From positions 12,815 to 76,814 of the forward strand of contig JBBDWL010000047.1 in assembly GCA_040902895.1 (NCBI GenBank): a stretch of 64,000 nucleotides of DNA, in the 5' to 3' direction. Position numbers and translations under genes: made by a program. The DNA comes from Vicinamibacterales bacterium. Its GTDB lineage: Bacteria; Acidobacteriota; Vicinamibacteria; Vicinamibacterales; SCN-69-37. The notes beneath the pieces are model-generated. The model was given only the letters and a program-made list of their open reading frames with translations. It ran no database searches and was not told the DNA's origin. Shown here one piece after another: positions 43,869-53,571 of this stretch. The stretch's first letter is position 1; each line of letters opens with the position of its first letter.

Positions 43869-45476
43869 CTACCGCTTCTGGAATTCGGGCGAGCCGAGCA
43901 GCAGGACGAGCTGCTTCGGTTTGTCGGTGGCCTTCGCGACCGTCGCGCGCGTGCCTGGCGACAACGTGTCTTGCGACACGACGGTGTCGGGATCGACCGT
44001 GGCCGGGGCGACGCGTGTGCCGGGCAGCCGGTTCGCGACGAGCGCCACGGCAAAGTTCATGCGGTTGATCAGCGCGCCGCTGTTCACCCACGTCACCGCC
44101 CTGTCGCTGTAGCCGGTCGGCGGCTGCGCGCCATAGAGCGGCATCCCGAGCGTGCGCAGCTGCTGCACGAGAGGCGCAGCGTTGCGCACGTCGGCGCCGG
44201 TCGCGCGCATCGCGCTGACGACGAACTCGAACGGCGTCTTGACCTTCGCGCGCCGCGCCTCGGCCGACATGAACTCTGGCGACGTCACGATGGCGCGCGT
44301 CACCTTCTTCAAATCGCCGTCGCTGTCGAGAAACACCTTCGCGACGCGATCGACGAGCGCCGGCGGAGGAGTGTCGCACACGAAGCGCGTCACGAGCTTG
44401 CGCGCGATGTGCTTCGCCGTCGACGGATGGCGGGCGACGATGTCGAGCACGAGCTCGCCGTCGCGGCGGCCGCCATTGGCGGGAATGCGGTGGCCGAGGA
44501 CGATCTTTTCGCCTTTGTCGTGAATGCGATCGTTGAACGTGAAGTCGCCGCCGCCGCGACGCGGCGCCTCAATCGTCCACCCGGTGAAGGCGCGCGCCAC
44601 TTCGATGACGTCCTTCTGCGTGTAGCCGCCGTCGACGCCGAGCGTGTGCAACTCGAGCAGCTCGCGTCCGTAGTTCTCGTTGAGGCCGCGCGCGGGCCGG
44701 GCTGGCTGCTGCATCGAACCCGGTTGATTATTCCCGGTTCGCCTGCGCGCTCCTGGGCGGAACCGGGAATAATCAACCGGGTTCATTTCGGGCGCCGCAC
44801 TCATCCAGTTGTCGAGATACCAGAGCATCGCGGGACTCTCTGCCGTGGCGCCGAGCATCTCGCGGAAGTTTCCCAGCACGTGCGGACGGATCGCCTCGCG
44901 TTCGTACTCAGTGAGATAGAAGCGCGCGAATTGCCCCTTGCCTGCAAAGACGTTGAAATGGTTGAACCAGAAGTCGACCAGTACTTCCTCGAGCTGACGC
45001 TCGCTGTAGACGGCCCGCAGCAGCTTCTGCTGCGAGAGCTCGATGAGGGGAAGATTGGCCTGCTGCCGTTGCCGCATCTCGGCAGGAGCGGGCGCCGGCA
45101 TCTGCCCAGGCTCGGTCGGCGGCGGCGCCATCTGCGGCGCGCCTTGCGCGCGGTTCGGCTGTCGGGCCTGCTGCGCGTTCCGCTGCTGCGGCGGCGTGTA
45201 GAACCGCGAGGCAATCTCGCTGCTCGAGAGATCCAGCGTCTGGAACGCAGACAGCTTCTGCTCGACCGCTTCATCGGGGATGGATGATGGACTCAGCTGC
45301 GACGCGATGTACTTCTCGAGTCCCATCGCGCGCACGCGATCGACATCGCCCGGCCGGGCTCCAAATCCGATCCGGCCAAGCACGTGCAGGATTGCCTCAT
45401 CGTCCTGTCCCGCCGTGAGGCTTGCGGTTCCGGCAGCCAGAACGGCGCAGAAGGTGATCGCCTTGAAAACTTTCAT
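43869..45476 (-). CDS. DUF1800 domain protein, secreted
   Basis: LLELHTLGVDGGYTQKDV is the DUF1800 hallmark. It forms the usual DUF1800-DUF1501 pair. Confidence 0.85.
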   Translation of the reverse strand: MKVFKAITFCAVLAAGTASLTAGQDDEAILHVLGRIGFGARPGDVDRVRAMGLEKYIASQLSPSSIPDEAVEQKLSAFQTLDLSSSEIASRFYTPPQQRNAQQARQPNRAQGAPQMAPPPTEPGQMPAPAPAEMRQRQQANLPLIELSQQKLLRAVYSERQLEEVLVDFWFNHFNVFAGKGQFARFYLTEYEREAIRPHVLGNFREMLGATAESPAMLWYLDNWMSAAPEMNPVDYSRFRPGARRRTGNNQPGSMQQPARPARGLNENYGRELLELHTLGVDGGYTQKDVIEVARAFTGWTIEAPRRGGGDFTFNDRIHDKGEKIVLGHRIPANGGRRDGELVLDIVARHPSTAKHIARKLVTRFVCDTPPPALVDRVAKVFLDSDGDLKKVTRAIVTSPEFMSAEARRAKVKTPFEFVVSAMRATGADVRNAAPLVQQLRTLGMPLYGAQPPTGYSDRAVTWVNSGALINRMNFAVALVANRLPGTRVAPATVDPDTVVSQDTLSPGTRATVAKATDKPKQLVLLLGSPEFQKR

Positions 45477-45491
45477 ACAGCAGAATTAGAC

Positions 45492-46463
45492 ATGACCGGT
45501 CCGCGGTTGGTAAAAGCTCCCACAGTCCCCATTTTGCGCCAAATTTACGACGACACGTGGCGCATCTGGGCCGAGGGCCTGTCGCGGGCCGGGTACGAAC
45601 GCTACAACCGCGCCCAGTTGGCGTCGCCGTGGGGAAGCACCCACCTCGACCGGGTGGCCCTCATGGACGGGGACACCGTGCTGGCCAGTGCCAAGCGCTA
45701 TCGACTCACGCTTCGAGTCAATGGCGCGAACGCAGTTGCGATCGGGATTGGAGCCGTGTTTACGTCGCCCGCACTGCGCGGCCGGGGTCACGGCGCGGCC
45801 ATTGTCGAAGAGATCATCGCCGGCGCCGCGAACGATGGAGCGCATTACGCCCTGCTTTTTTCGGAGATCGATCCGGCGTTCTATGCGCGCCTCGGCTTCG
45901 AGCCGATCCCCATTGCCGAAGCCACGCTTCTTCTCAAAATGCAGAAGCGTGAAGGCGCGCCTGCCGTGCTGATGCGTGACGGCGCGGATCGCGATCTCGA
46001 CAACATTTCCGCCATGCACGAGGACCGCGCTTCGCAGTATGCGTTTTCGTTGAGACGCGATCCGGACTACGTGCGCTTCGCGATCTCGAAGCGGCGCCTG
46101 CTCGCCGCCTCGGGGCCGCCGGGCCTGCGCCACGTCGAGTTCTTCGTCACGGAAGAAGGCGGCAACGCCGTGGCGTATGTCGTGGTGACGCGCGGGCCGG
46201 AAGGCCACGTGCTGGAAGAGTGGGGCGACCGCGATCCGTCGGGCGCGCGCGCCGGCGCGATGCTGCAGGCGCTGGCGGCGCGGACGCCCGCCGAAGATGT
46301 GGCGCCGCTTCGCACGTGGCTGCCGGCCGACTTCCATCCGCCGCAGCTCGATCGCGCGAGCGAGAAACCGGCCGCCGAGCAGGGCATGATCCGCGGCATC
46401 GGCCGCCCGGCGCCGGCGCTGGACGCCGGCGGCGTCTTCTATCTCAAGGCTGATGCTTTTTGA
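45492..46463 (+). CDS. GNAT-family acetyltransferase (Eis-like, with a C-terminal sterol-carrier-like domain)
   Basis: IGIGAVFTSPALRGRGHGAAIVEEII is GNAT motif A. The start is trimmed to ATG 45492. Confidence 0.7.
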   Translation: MTGPRLVKAPTVPILRQIYDDTWRIWAEGLSRAGYERYNRAQLASPWGSTHLDRVALMDGDTVLASAKRYRLTLRVNGANAVAIGIGAVFTSPALRGRGHGAAIVEEIIAGAANDGAHYALLFSEIDPAFYARLGFEPIPIAEATLLLKMQKREGAPAVLMRDGADRDLDNISAMHEDRASQYAFSLRRDPDYVRFAISKRRLLAASGPPGLRHVEFFVTEEGGNAVAYVVVTRGPEGHVLEEWGDRDPSGARAGAMLQALAARTPAEDVAPLRTWLPADFHPPQLDRASEKPAAEQGMIRGIGRPAPALDAGGVFYLKADAF

Positions 46464-48016
46464 GGCGTGCGTTTGAGCTCCGACGCCACATGCTGCGCAG
46501 CGAGCAGGCCGGGCAGACCGGTGATGCCGCCGCCGGGATGCGCGCCTGCCGATCCGAGATAGAGCCCGCGAACGGGCGAGCCGTAGCCGCCCATCCCCAG
46601 CGCCGGCCTCGCGACGAGCATCTGATCGAGTGCATGCTCGGCATGATGGATGTGTCCGCCGTCCATGCCGTACGTGAGCTCGAGGTCTTCCGGCGTGATG
46701 ACTTCAGCGTGGACGACGATCTGCGCGATGCCCGGTGAGACGGTCTCGAGCACGCGCATCACGGACGCAAGCAGCGCGGCGCCTTCGTCTTTCCATGTGC
46801 CGGATCGCAGCGTGCGCGGCGCGTACTGCGCATAGATCGACATGACATGCTTGCCTGCCGGCGCAAGCGTGGCATCGTGCGTCGACGGCACCGCGATTTC
46901 GAGCCACGGCTCCGGTGACGCCTGGCCGTACTTGGCCGCGTCGAAGGCGCGCTCGAGATAATCGACATCAGGACCCACATGAATCCGTCCGCGCAGCGAC
47001 GACGGATGCGCCGCCAGCGCCGGAAAGACCGGAAGCGCGTCGAGCGAAAGGTTGACCTTGGCGGTGACCCCCCGCGCGCGGATGTTCTGCGTGTGTCTGA
47101 CGGCGTCCGGAGGAATCAATCCTGGTTCGATCAGATCGAGCAGCGTGCGTTTCGGTCCGGCCGCTGACAGTACGGCGCGGCACGCAATCGTCTCACCGGA
47201 TTCGAGCGACACGCCCGCGACGGCATCGTCTTCCATGACGATGCGTCTCACCGCGGCCGACACCAGAATCTTCGCGCCCGCCGCGGTGGCGGCCTTCGCG
47301 AGCGCGTCAGAAAATGCGCTGACGCCTCCCGTGAGCGTGAGACCGCTGCCGGCTGGATGCGGATCGAATGCGAGCTGATAGAGATAGGTCAGCGTGCTGC
47401 CGGCCGAGCGCGGTCCGAGCATGGCGCCGAGCAGTCCCCGCGCCGCAATTGCCGCCTTCAGCAGATCGTCGGTGAACCACTCGTCGACAAAGTCGGCGAT
47501 AGGCATCGGTCCCCAGCGCAGCAGTCCGTATGCCGTGCGCCGATCGAGCGCTCTGAACTTTCGCGCCGCCCCGCCCAGGGCCAGCATGTCGGTGATCGCC
47601 GGCGCATCGATGTCGGGCGCACGTTTTTCGAGCACCGCACCCACGACGGCCGCCGCCTGGCGCACCTCGCCGACGAAGCGGCGGTACCGTTCCGCGTCGA
47701 CCTCTGAGCTCACCGACAACGCCTCGACCGTCTTGGCGTGATCGGCATAAAAAGGAATGGCTCTGCCTGACGCGCTGACGGCGGTCAGTGGAATGTCGGG
47801 CCGCACCCACTCGAGACCGTTGAGGGTGATGGCACGCGTAAGCGCGGGATGCATCGGCGGCAGCGAGTGCGACAGCGCATTCGATGCCGCGCCGCCGACC
47901 GTCGCACGTTGTTCGAGGACGAGCGTGCTGAATCCCGCGCGCGCCAGCTGCTCGGCTGCGACGAGTCCATTGTGTCCGGCGCCGATGACGATGACGTCGA
48001 CCGGGTCGTGGCTCAT
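46439..48016 (-). CDS. Phytoene-desaturase-family (CrtI-like) NAD(P)/FAD-dependent oxidoreductase
   Basis: VDVIVIGAGHNGLVAAEQLARAGFSTLVLEQRATVGGA, with the C-terminal GSAGAHPGGGITG. ATG 48016 overlaps the upstream stop. Confidence 0.8.
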   Translation of the reverse strand: MSHDPVDVIVIGAGHNGLVAAEQLARAGFSTLVLEQRATVGGAASNALSHSLPPMHPALTRAITLNGLEWVRPDIPLTAVSASGRAIPFYADHAKTVEALSVSSEVDAERYRRFVGEVRQAAAVVGAVLEKRAPDIDAPAITDMLALGGAARKFRALDRRTAYGLLRWGPMPIADFVDEWFTDDLLKAAIAARGLLGAMLGPRSAGSTLTYLYQLAFDPHPAGSGLTLTGGVSAFSDALAKAATAAGAKILVSAAVRRIVMEDDAVAGVSLESGETIACRAVLSAAGPKRTLLDLIEPGLIPPDAVRHTQNIRARGVTAKVNLSLDALPVFPALAAHPSSLRGRIHVGPDVDYLERAFDAAKYGQASPEPWLEIAVPSTHDATLAPAGKHVMSIYAQYAPRTLRSGTWKDEGAALLASVMRVLETVSPGIAQIVVHAEVITPEDLELTYGMDGGHIHHAEHALDQMLVARPALGMGGYGSPVRGLYLGSAGAHPGGGITGLPGLLAAQHVASELKRTPQKASALR

Positions 48017-49668
48017 ACGGGCAGGCTCCACGGATCGCGTCTGCGCGTGGAGGTCGACGCGTCGCTTGTGCGGCCGTCACCCGTGCCGCGGCCCGTGGCA
48101 CGCAGAATTGCCGCCGCGGCATTGCGCCCTGGCGCCGCCATGATGCCGCCGCCCGGATGCGTGGCCGATCCGCACATATACAGGTTGCGCACCGGCGTGC
48201 GATACGAGGCCCACCCCGGCGCGGGACGCAGGAAGAAGAGCTGCTCGAGCGTGAGCTCGCCCTGAAAGATGTTGCCTTCCGAAAGTCCCCACTCCCGCTC
48301 GAGGTCGAGCGGCGTGACGACCTGGCGGTGCAGGATGATGTCTTTGATGTTGGGCGCGTGCTCGGCGATCGTATTGATGACGGTGTCGCCGAACGCCTCC
48401 TTCTGCTCGTCCCAGGTGCCGTCCTTCAGGTGATACGGCGCGTATTGCACAAAGCACGACATTACATGCTTGCCTGACGGCGCGACGCTGGGATCGGTCA
48501 GGCTCGGGATCACGATGTCCATGTACGGCCGTCTCGAAAACCGTCCGTACTTCGCATCGTCATACGCCCGTTCCATGTAATCGATGCTGGGCGAGATCGA
48601 CATCGCGCCGCGCAGGTGGGGGCCGGCGCCCGGCAGCGATGTGAAATTGGGGAGCGCGTCGAGCGCGAGATTGACCTTGCCCGACGATCCGCGGAATTTG
48701 TAGCGGTTGATGTCTTCGACGAAATCCTCCGGCAGGTGCTCGACGCCCGTCATCTTGATGAACGTGAGCCGCGGATCCACGCTCGACGCGACGACGCCGC
48801 CAAGGATGTAGTCGCCGTTCTCGAGGATGACGCCGGTGGCCGTGCCGTTCGACACGATGATTTTCGCCACCGCGGTTTCGGTGCGAATGTCGGCGCCCGC
48901 GGCACGCGCGGCGCTCGCGATGGCGTTCGACACCATGCCCGTGCCGCCTCGCGAAAGGCCCCACGACCGGAACGCGCCGTCGATTTCTCCCATGTAGTGG
49001 TGCAGCAGCACGTACGCGGTGCCGGGGGATCGCACGCCGAGGAAGGTGCCGATGATGCCCGACGCCGACATCGTGGCCTTGAGGACGTCGGTCTCGAACC
49101 ACTGATCGAGAAAATCGACCGCGCTCATCGTCATCAGCTGCAACTGGTTGTAGCGGTCGCGCGGCGGAAGGCGGCGAAAGCGATTGACGAGCCCGATCAT
49201 CTCGCGGATGCCCGCAAGACCGGGCCTGGTTGGATCGGGCGGCGTCATCGCCATGATCGGCTTGACGAAGCGTCCCATCTCGATCATCGCCTGCGAGTAC
49301 TCATCGTAGGCTTCGGCGTCGACCTTCGAGTGACGGGCGATCTCGCGGCGCGTCTGCCCATGGTCGTTCGTGCGCCACAGATAGTTGCCGTCGGGCATCG
49401 GCGTGAACGTGCCGTCGAGCGGCAGAATCTCGAGGCCGTGCCGCGCGAGATCGAGCTCGCGAATAATCTCGGGACGCAGCAGCGACACGACGTATGACGC
49501 GACCGAAAACTTGAAGCCGGGAAAGATCTCTTCGGTCACCGCCGCGCCGCCAAGCACGTGCCGCCGCTCGAGCACGAGCACCTTGCGCCCCGCGCGGGCC
49601 AGATAGGCGGCCGTGGTCAATCCGTTGTGACCGCCACCGATGATGATCGCGTCGTATTTCTGCGACAT
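48013..49668 (-). CDS. Phytoene-desaturase-family (CrtI-like) NAD(P)/FAD-dependent oxidoreductase, a paralogue of the downstream gene
   Basis: YDAIIIGGGHNGLTTAAYLARAGRKVLVLERRHVLGGA, with the C-terminal GSATHPGGGIMAAPG. Confidence 0.8.
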   Translation of the reverse strand: MSQKYDAIIIGGGHNGLTTAAYLARAGRKVLVLERRHVLGGAAVTEEIFPGFKFSVASYVVSLLRPEIIRELDLARHGLEILPLDGTFTPMPDGNYLWRTNDHGQTRREIARHSKVDAEAYDEYSQAMIEMGRFVKPIMAMTPPDPTRPGLAGIREMIGLVNRFRRLPPRDRYNQLQLMTMSAVDFLDQWFETDVLKATMSASGIIGTFLGVRSPGTAYVLLHHYMGEIDGAFRSWGLSRGGTGMVSNAIASAARAAGADIRTETAVAKIIVSNGTATGVILENGDYILGGVVASSVDPRLTFIKMTGVEHLPEDFVEDINRYKFRGSSGKVNLALDALPNFTSLPGAGPHLRGAMSISPSIDYMERAYDDAKYGRFSRRPYMDIVIPSLTDPSVAPSGKHVMSCFVQYAPYHLKDGTWDEQKEAFGDTVINTIAEHAPNIKDIILHRQVVTPLDLEREWGLSEGNIFQGELTLEQLFFLRPAPGWASYRTPVRNLYMCGSATHPGGGIMAAPGRNAAAAILRATGRGTGDGRTSDASTSTRRRDPWSLPV

Positions 49669-49671
49669 GAG

Positions 49672-49745
49672 CAGGAGACAGGATACAGGAGACAGTAAAC
49701 AGGAGGGAGCTCCTGTCTCCTGTATTCTGTATCCTGTCTCCTATG
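49672..49745. promoter_or_regulatory. Dyad-symmetric array of heptamers filling the divergent intergenic region
   Basis: caggaga caggata caggaga cagtaaa caggagg - gagc - tcctgtc tcctgta ttctgta tcctgtc tcctATG. AGGAGACAGGATACAG (49673-49688) is the exact reverse complement of 49726-49741. The array lies between the start codons at 49668 (minus) and 49743 (plus). Confidence 0.7.
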
Positions 49746-50957
49746 CCTGTCGCGTCTCCGTTGCACTCTCGCACCTTTCCCCTGTGCACCAGCCTGAACT
49801 ATCGCGATTGGGCCGGGTACTACGCGGTGAGCGCGTACGAGACGCATCACGAGCATGAGTACAACGCGATCCGCAACGGCGCGGCGCTGATCGATATCTC
49901 TCCGCTGTTCAAATACATCCTTCGCGGTGCCGATGCGACGCGGCTCGTGGACCGCATCATCACGCGCAATGCGCAGAAGATGAAGCTCGGGCAGGTCTAC
50001 TACACGCCGTGGTGCGATGAACGCGGCATGGTGCTCGACGATGGGACAGTGACACGGCTGGAGGCGAACGCGTATCGCTGGACCGCAGCAGAGCCGAATC
50101 TGCGGTGGATACGCGAGAACGCGCGCGGCTTCGACGTGGAGATCGAAGACGCGTCGGAACGCATTGCGGCGATGGCGCTGCAGGGGCCGACGTCCGGCGC
50201 GTTGCTGCTGCGCGCAGCGGAGGCCGACATCGCGTCATTGAAGTACTTCCGGATGACCGAGGGCCGCATCCAGGGCATTCCGGTCGAGATTTCACGCACC
50301 GGATATACCGGCGATCTGGGGTTCGAGATCTGGGTCGCGGCCGACCAGGCGTCTGCCGTGTGGGACGTGCTGATGAAGGAAGGCCGCGCGTTTGGCGTGA
50401 AGCCCACCGGCATGCTCGCGCTCGACGTGTCGCGCATCGAAGCGGGGCTGCTGCTGATTGACGTCGATTTTTTCAGCGCGCGCAAAGCGCAGATCGCGTC
50501 GCAGCTTTACACGCCGTACGAGATGAGCCTCGACAGGCTGGTGGATCTCGCGAAAGAATCATTTATCGGCCGCGCGGCGCTGGCACAAGCCGCCAAACGC
50601 GGCCCGGCCCGCCGCATCGTCGGACTCGAATTCGACTGGCCCGAGGTTGAGCGCATCTACGAACACGTGGGACTGCCGCCGATGACGACGGCGACGGCGT
50701 CGCGTGTGGCCGTGCCCGTGTACTCGGGCGGCCGGCAGGTTGGCCGCGCGACCTCGACGACCTGGTCACCGATCCTCAAGCGCATGATCGCGCTCGCCAC
50801 GCTCGACGCATCAATGTCGGCGCCAGGCACGCACGTCGACGTCGAGCACACCGTCGATGCCGTCCGGCACCGCGTCGGCGCGACGGTCACGCCAACACCC
50901 TTCTACAATCCGCCTCAGAAGACGGGGCCGCTAGGAACAGCCCAAGGTAAATCGTAG
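49743..50957 (+). CDS. Aminomethyltransferase-family (GcvT-like) folate-binding protein
   Basis: YNAIRNGAALIDISPLFKY, RTGYTGDLGFEIW and the C-terminal barrel. It is longer than, and diverged from, canonical GcvT. Confidence 0.8.
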   Translation: MPVASPLHSRTFPLCTSLNYRDWAGYYAVSAYETHHEHEYNAIRNGAALIDISPLFKYILRGADATRLVDRIITRNAQKMKLGQVYYTPWCDERGMVLDDGTVTRLEANAYRWTAAEPNLRWIRENARGFDVEIEDASERIAAMALQGPTSGALLLRAAEADIASLKYFRMTEGRIQGIPVEISRTGYTGDLGFEIWVAADQASAVWDVLMKEGRAFGVKPTGMLALDVSRIEAGLLLIDVDFFSARKAQIASQLYTPYEMSLDRLVDLAKESFIGRAALAQAAKRGPARRIVGLEFDWPEVERIYEHVGLPPMTTATASRVAVPVYSGGRQVGRATSTTWSPILKRMIALATLDASMSAPGTHVDVEHTVDAVRHRVGATVTPTPFYNPPQKTGPLGTAQGKS

Positions 50958-51002
50958 ATTGTAAATAGCATTGTCTATTGCGCCATTGTGCCCGTCGCGC
51001 CG

Positions 51003-52184
51003 TCACTGGCTCGGATCTTCCCCGAGCACCACGGTGATGAAGCGATCGAAGGCGTATAGCAGATCCTCGCGATCCGAATACGGACCGGGCACGTAGCCGC
51101 GCGACGAGATGCCCAGCTGCGAGAGCTCGCAGACGTGCCAGTCCTGGCGGTTCGTCATGTCCCAGAACTCGAGCACGTCGCTGGCGTCAAAGCCGGGCCT
51201 GGCGAGCTCCTCGGGCGCGAAGAGCCATTCGCAGGTGAGACGCGTGTGATTCGGCGCGAGCGGCTCGGTGCGGTGCACCATGACGTAATCGGGGTGCAGG
51301 CTCAGGAAGAGATTCGGGAAGATCGCGTAGTAGTAGACGCCGCGGCGTTCCGTTTCGGAGAGGCCCGGCAGCAGATCGCGCGGGCACGTGCCGTCGGGCG
51401 ACATCGTGATGATGCCGGGGCGCAGATCCATGCGGCCGCCCATGTAGGTGGGCCGCAGCGGCTCGTTCTCGCCGCTCATATAGTGCGAGAGCTTGTTGAG
51501 CGCCGGATGCAGGTTCGGGCAGTGCAGGCACTCGTTGAAGTTCTGGATGATCAGCTTCCAGTTGGCCGCAATCTCATAGACCTGCCGTCCGCCTCTGCGT
51601 AAGTGGCCCATCCGCCATGACGCAAACTTCGCGGGCAACTCCGCCAGATGATCGGCAAGCGGATCGCCGTCGGCGAAGTTGATGAAGACAAATCCATCCC
51701 ACATTTCCGTTCGGATCGCGTGAAGCGGAAAGGCGGCCTTGTCGAAGCCGGCCGTCGCGTCCATGTGCGGCGCGCCGATCAGACGCCCCGACAGGTCGTA
51801 CGTCCAGGAGTGATACGGACACTGGATCGATCCGGGGAAGTGGCCGTGCGATTCGACGCAGAGCCGCGTGCCGCGATGGCGGCAGACGTTGTGGAACGCG
51901 CGAATCGAGTCGTCGGCGTCGCCGCCGCGCGTGACGATGATGCTTTCGCCGGCGACCTCGCGCACCATGAAATCGCCTTTGCGCGGAATCTCTTCGGCGC
52001 GGCCGACGTGCACCCATGTCGAGCGGAAGAACAGATCGAGCTCGCGCTCGAACAGGCGAGGACTGGTATAGAAGCGCGCCGGCAGTGTGGCCGCGCCTTC
52101 CGGCATCGGCGCGCGCGGCTTGATCTGCGATGGCGGAACGTCTGAAGCTGACTCGCTCACCTCGGGCATGATACAACCTCCCAC
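51003..52184 (-). CDS. Rieske [2Fe-2S] aromatic-ring-hydroxylating oxygenase alpha subunit-like protein
   Basis: The Rieske motif is CRHRGTRLC...(17)...CPYHSWTY. The catalytic domain contains NFNECLHCPNLHP. The start may be the ATG at 52169. Confidence 0.85.
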   Translation of the reverse strand: MGGCIMPEVSESASDVPPSQIKPRAPMPEGAATLPARFYTSPRLFERELDLFFRSTWVHVGRAEEIPRKGDFMVREVAGESIIVTRGGDADDSIRAFHNVCRHRGTRLCVESHGHFPGSIQCPYHSWTYDLSGRLIGAPHMDATAGFDKAAFPLHAIRTEMWDGFVFINFADGDPLADHLAELPAKFASWRMGHLRRGGRQVYEIAANWKLIIQNFNECLHCPNLHPALNKLSHYMSGENEPLRPTYMGGRMDLRPGIITMSPDGTCPRDLLPGLSETERRGVYYYAIFPNLFLSLHPDYVMVHRTEPLAPNHTRLTCEWLFAPEELARPGFDASDVLEFWDMTNRQDWHVCELSQLGISSRGYVPGPYSDREDLLYAFDRFITVVLGEDPSQ

Positions 52185-52224
52185 GCCCGGCCTTCGCCTC
52201 GGCTACGGCGGGCAGGCCACCACC

Positions 52225-53553
52225 ATGATCAACACGCCAGGCTCAGCCCCCGCCCCTGCCGCGCGGCCGCCGCTCAAACGCGCACTCGGTCCGTGGGATC
52301 TCACGGCCATCGGCGTCAACCAGGTGATCGGCACCGGCGTGTTCCTCATGCCGGCGCTGGTGGCGGCGCAAGTCGGATCGTGGAGCACCGTCGCCGTGCT
52401 GGCCGTGGGCGGCCTGTCGATGATGATCGCGTTGTGCTTCGCCGAGGCGTCGAGCCGCGTCGAGGCGACCGGCGGGTCGTATCTCTACACGCGCACCGCG
52501 TTCGGCCGCTTCATTGGCTTCGAAGTGGGCTGGATGATGTGGTTCACGCGCGTCGCCAGCTGGGCGAGCGTGGCCTACGGTCTGACGATGTACCTGGCCC
52601 GCTACTGGCCGGTGCTGAACGAAGGCATGGGCCGCGGCCTCTTCCTCACGATCGTGTTTGCCATCCTCACGGCCGTCAACATCCGCGGCATCAGGCAGAG
52701 CGCGTGGGTCGTGAACGCGCTGACCATCGGCAAGCTGTTGCCGCTGGTGATCTTCGTGATCGGCGGCATTGCCTTCGTGGAGTGGTCGCGTGTAACGCCG
52801 GTGCCGCCGTGGCCGCCGATGGAACAGGCATCCGCGGCGCTGCTGTATCTGATCTTCGCATTCGGCGGCTATGAGGTCGTGCCGGTGCCGGCGGGCGAGG
52901 CGCGGCGCCCGACCCGCGATATTCCCTTCGCGATGGTCATGACCATCACCATCATCACGATTCTCACGATTCTCGTGCAGGTCGTGGCGCAGGGCGTGCT
53001 GCCGGACGTCGCGGCGTCCAGAGCACCGCTGGCCGATGCGGCCGTGATTTTTCTCGGCACGTCAGGCGCGCTGCTGCTTACCGTCGGCGCTGCGATTTCG
53101 ACGACCGGCAACAACATGGGCCAGTCGATTTCGGGATCGCGCAGTCTCTTCGCGCTGGCCGAGCAGCGGGATCTGCCGTCGCCGATCGCGTGGGTGCATC
53201 CTCGCTGGCGCACGCCGGTTGTCGCGATCCTCCTGACGTCAGGCGTCGCGCTGGCGCTGGCGCTCACGGGATCGTTCGCCACCCTGGCGCTCGCCAGCGC
53301 GGTCAGCCGCCTGCTCGTCTATGCGGGCACCGCCGCCGCGGTGCTCGCGCTCCGCCGCCACGGGCGCGCGCCGTTCACCATTCCCGGCGGGCCAGTGGTG
53401 CCCCTTGCCGCGCTGCTGATTTCGATAGCGCTCGTCGCCGCCGCAACGTCCGAGCAGTTCAAGATTGGTGGATTTACGCTCGTCGCGGGTGCCGTGCTAT
53501 TTGCCATCGCGCGCGGGACGGACGCACTGAGAGGGCGAGACAGCAATTCTTAA
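52225..53553 (+). CDS. APC-superfamily amino acid/polyamine permease
   Basis: It has about 12 TM segments and GPWDLTAIGVNQVIGTGVF. The start is trimmed to ATG 52225. Confidence 0.8.
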   Translation: MINTPGSAPAPAARPPLKRALGPWDLTAIGVNQVIGTGVFLMPALVAAQVGSWSTVAVLAVGGLSMMIALCFAEASSRVEATGGSYLYTRTAFGRFIGFEVGWMMWFTRVASWASVAYGLTMYLARYWPVLNEGMGRGLFLTIVFAILTAVNIRGIRQSAWVVNALTIGKLLPLVIFVIGGIAFVEWSRVTPVPPWPPMEQASAALLYLIFAFGGYEVVPVPAGEARRPTRDIPFAMVMTITIITILTILVQVVAQGVLPDVAASRAPLADAAVIFLGTSGALLLTVGAAISTTGNNMGQSISGSRSLFALAEQRDLPSPIAWVHPRWRTPVVAILLTSGVALALALTGSFATLALASAVSRLLVYAGTAAAVLALRRHGRAPFTIPGGPVVPLAALLISIALVAAATSEQFKIGGFTLVAGAVLFAIARGTDALRGRDSNS

Positions 53554-53571
53554 TTCTTAATTCACCAACTT

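Noticed and set aside
49672-49745. Whether the heptamer arrays (also 25601-25635 and 61672-61703) could be a degenerate CRISPR array or tRNA-like element.
   Set aside because: The units are 7 nt with no spacers, the arrays are at most 74 bp, and no cas genes are present. No cloverleaf can be drawn.
50958-51002. A low-GC spacer between convergent genes with three ATTGT motifs, a possible terminator or binding site.
   Set aside because: Only a 5-bp inverted repeat (AATAG/CTATT) is present, with no convincing stem-loop or U-tract.
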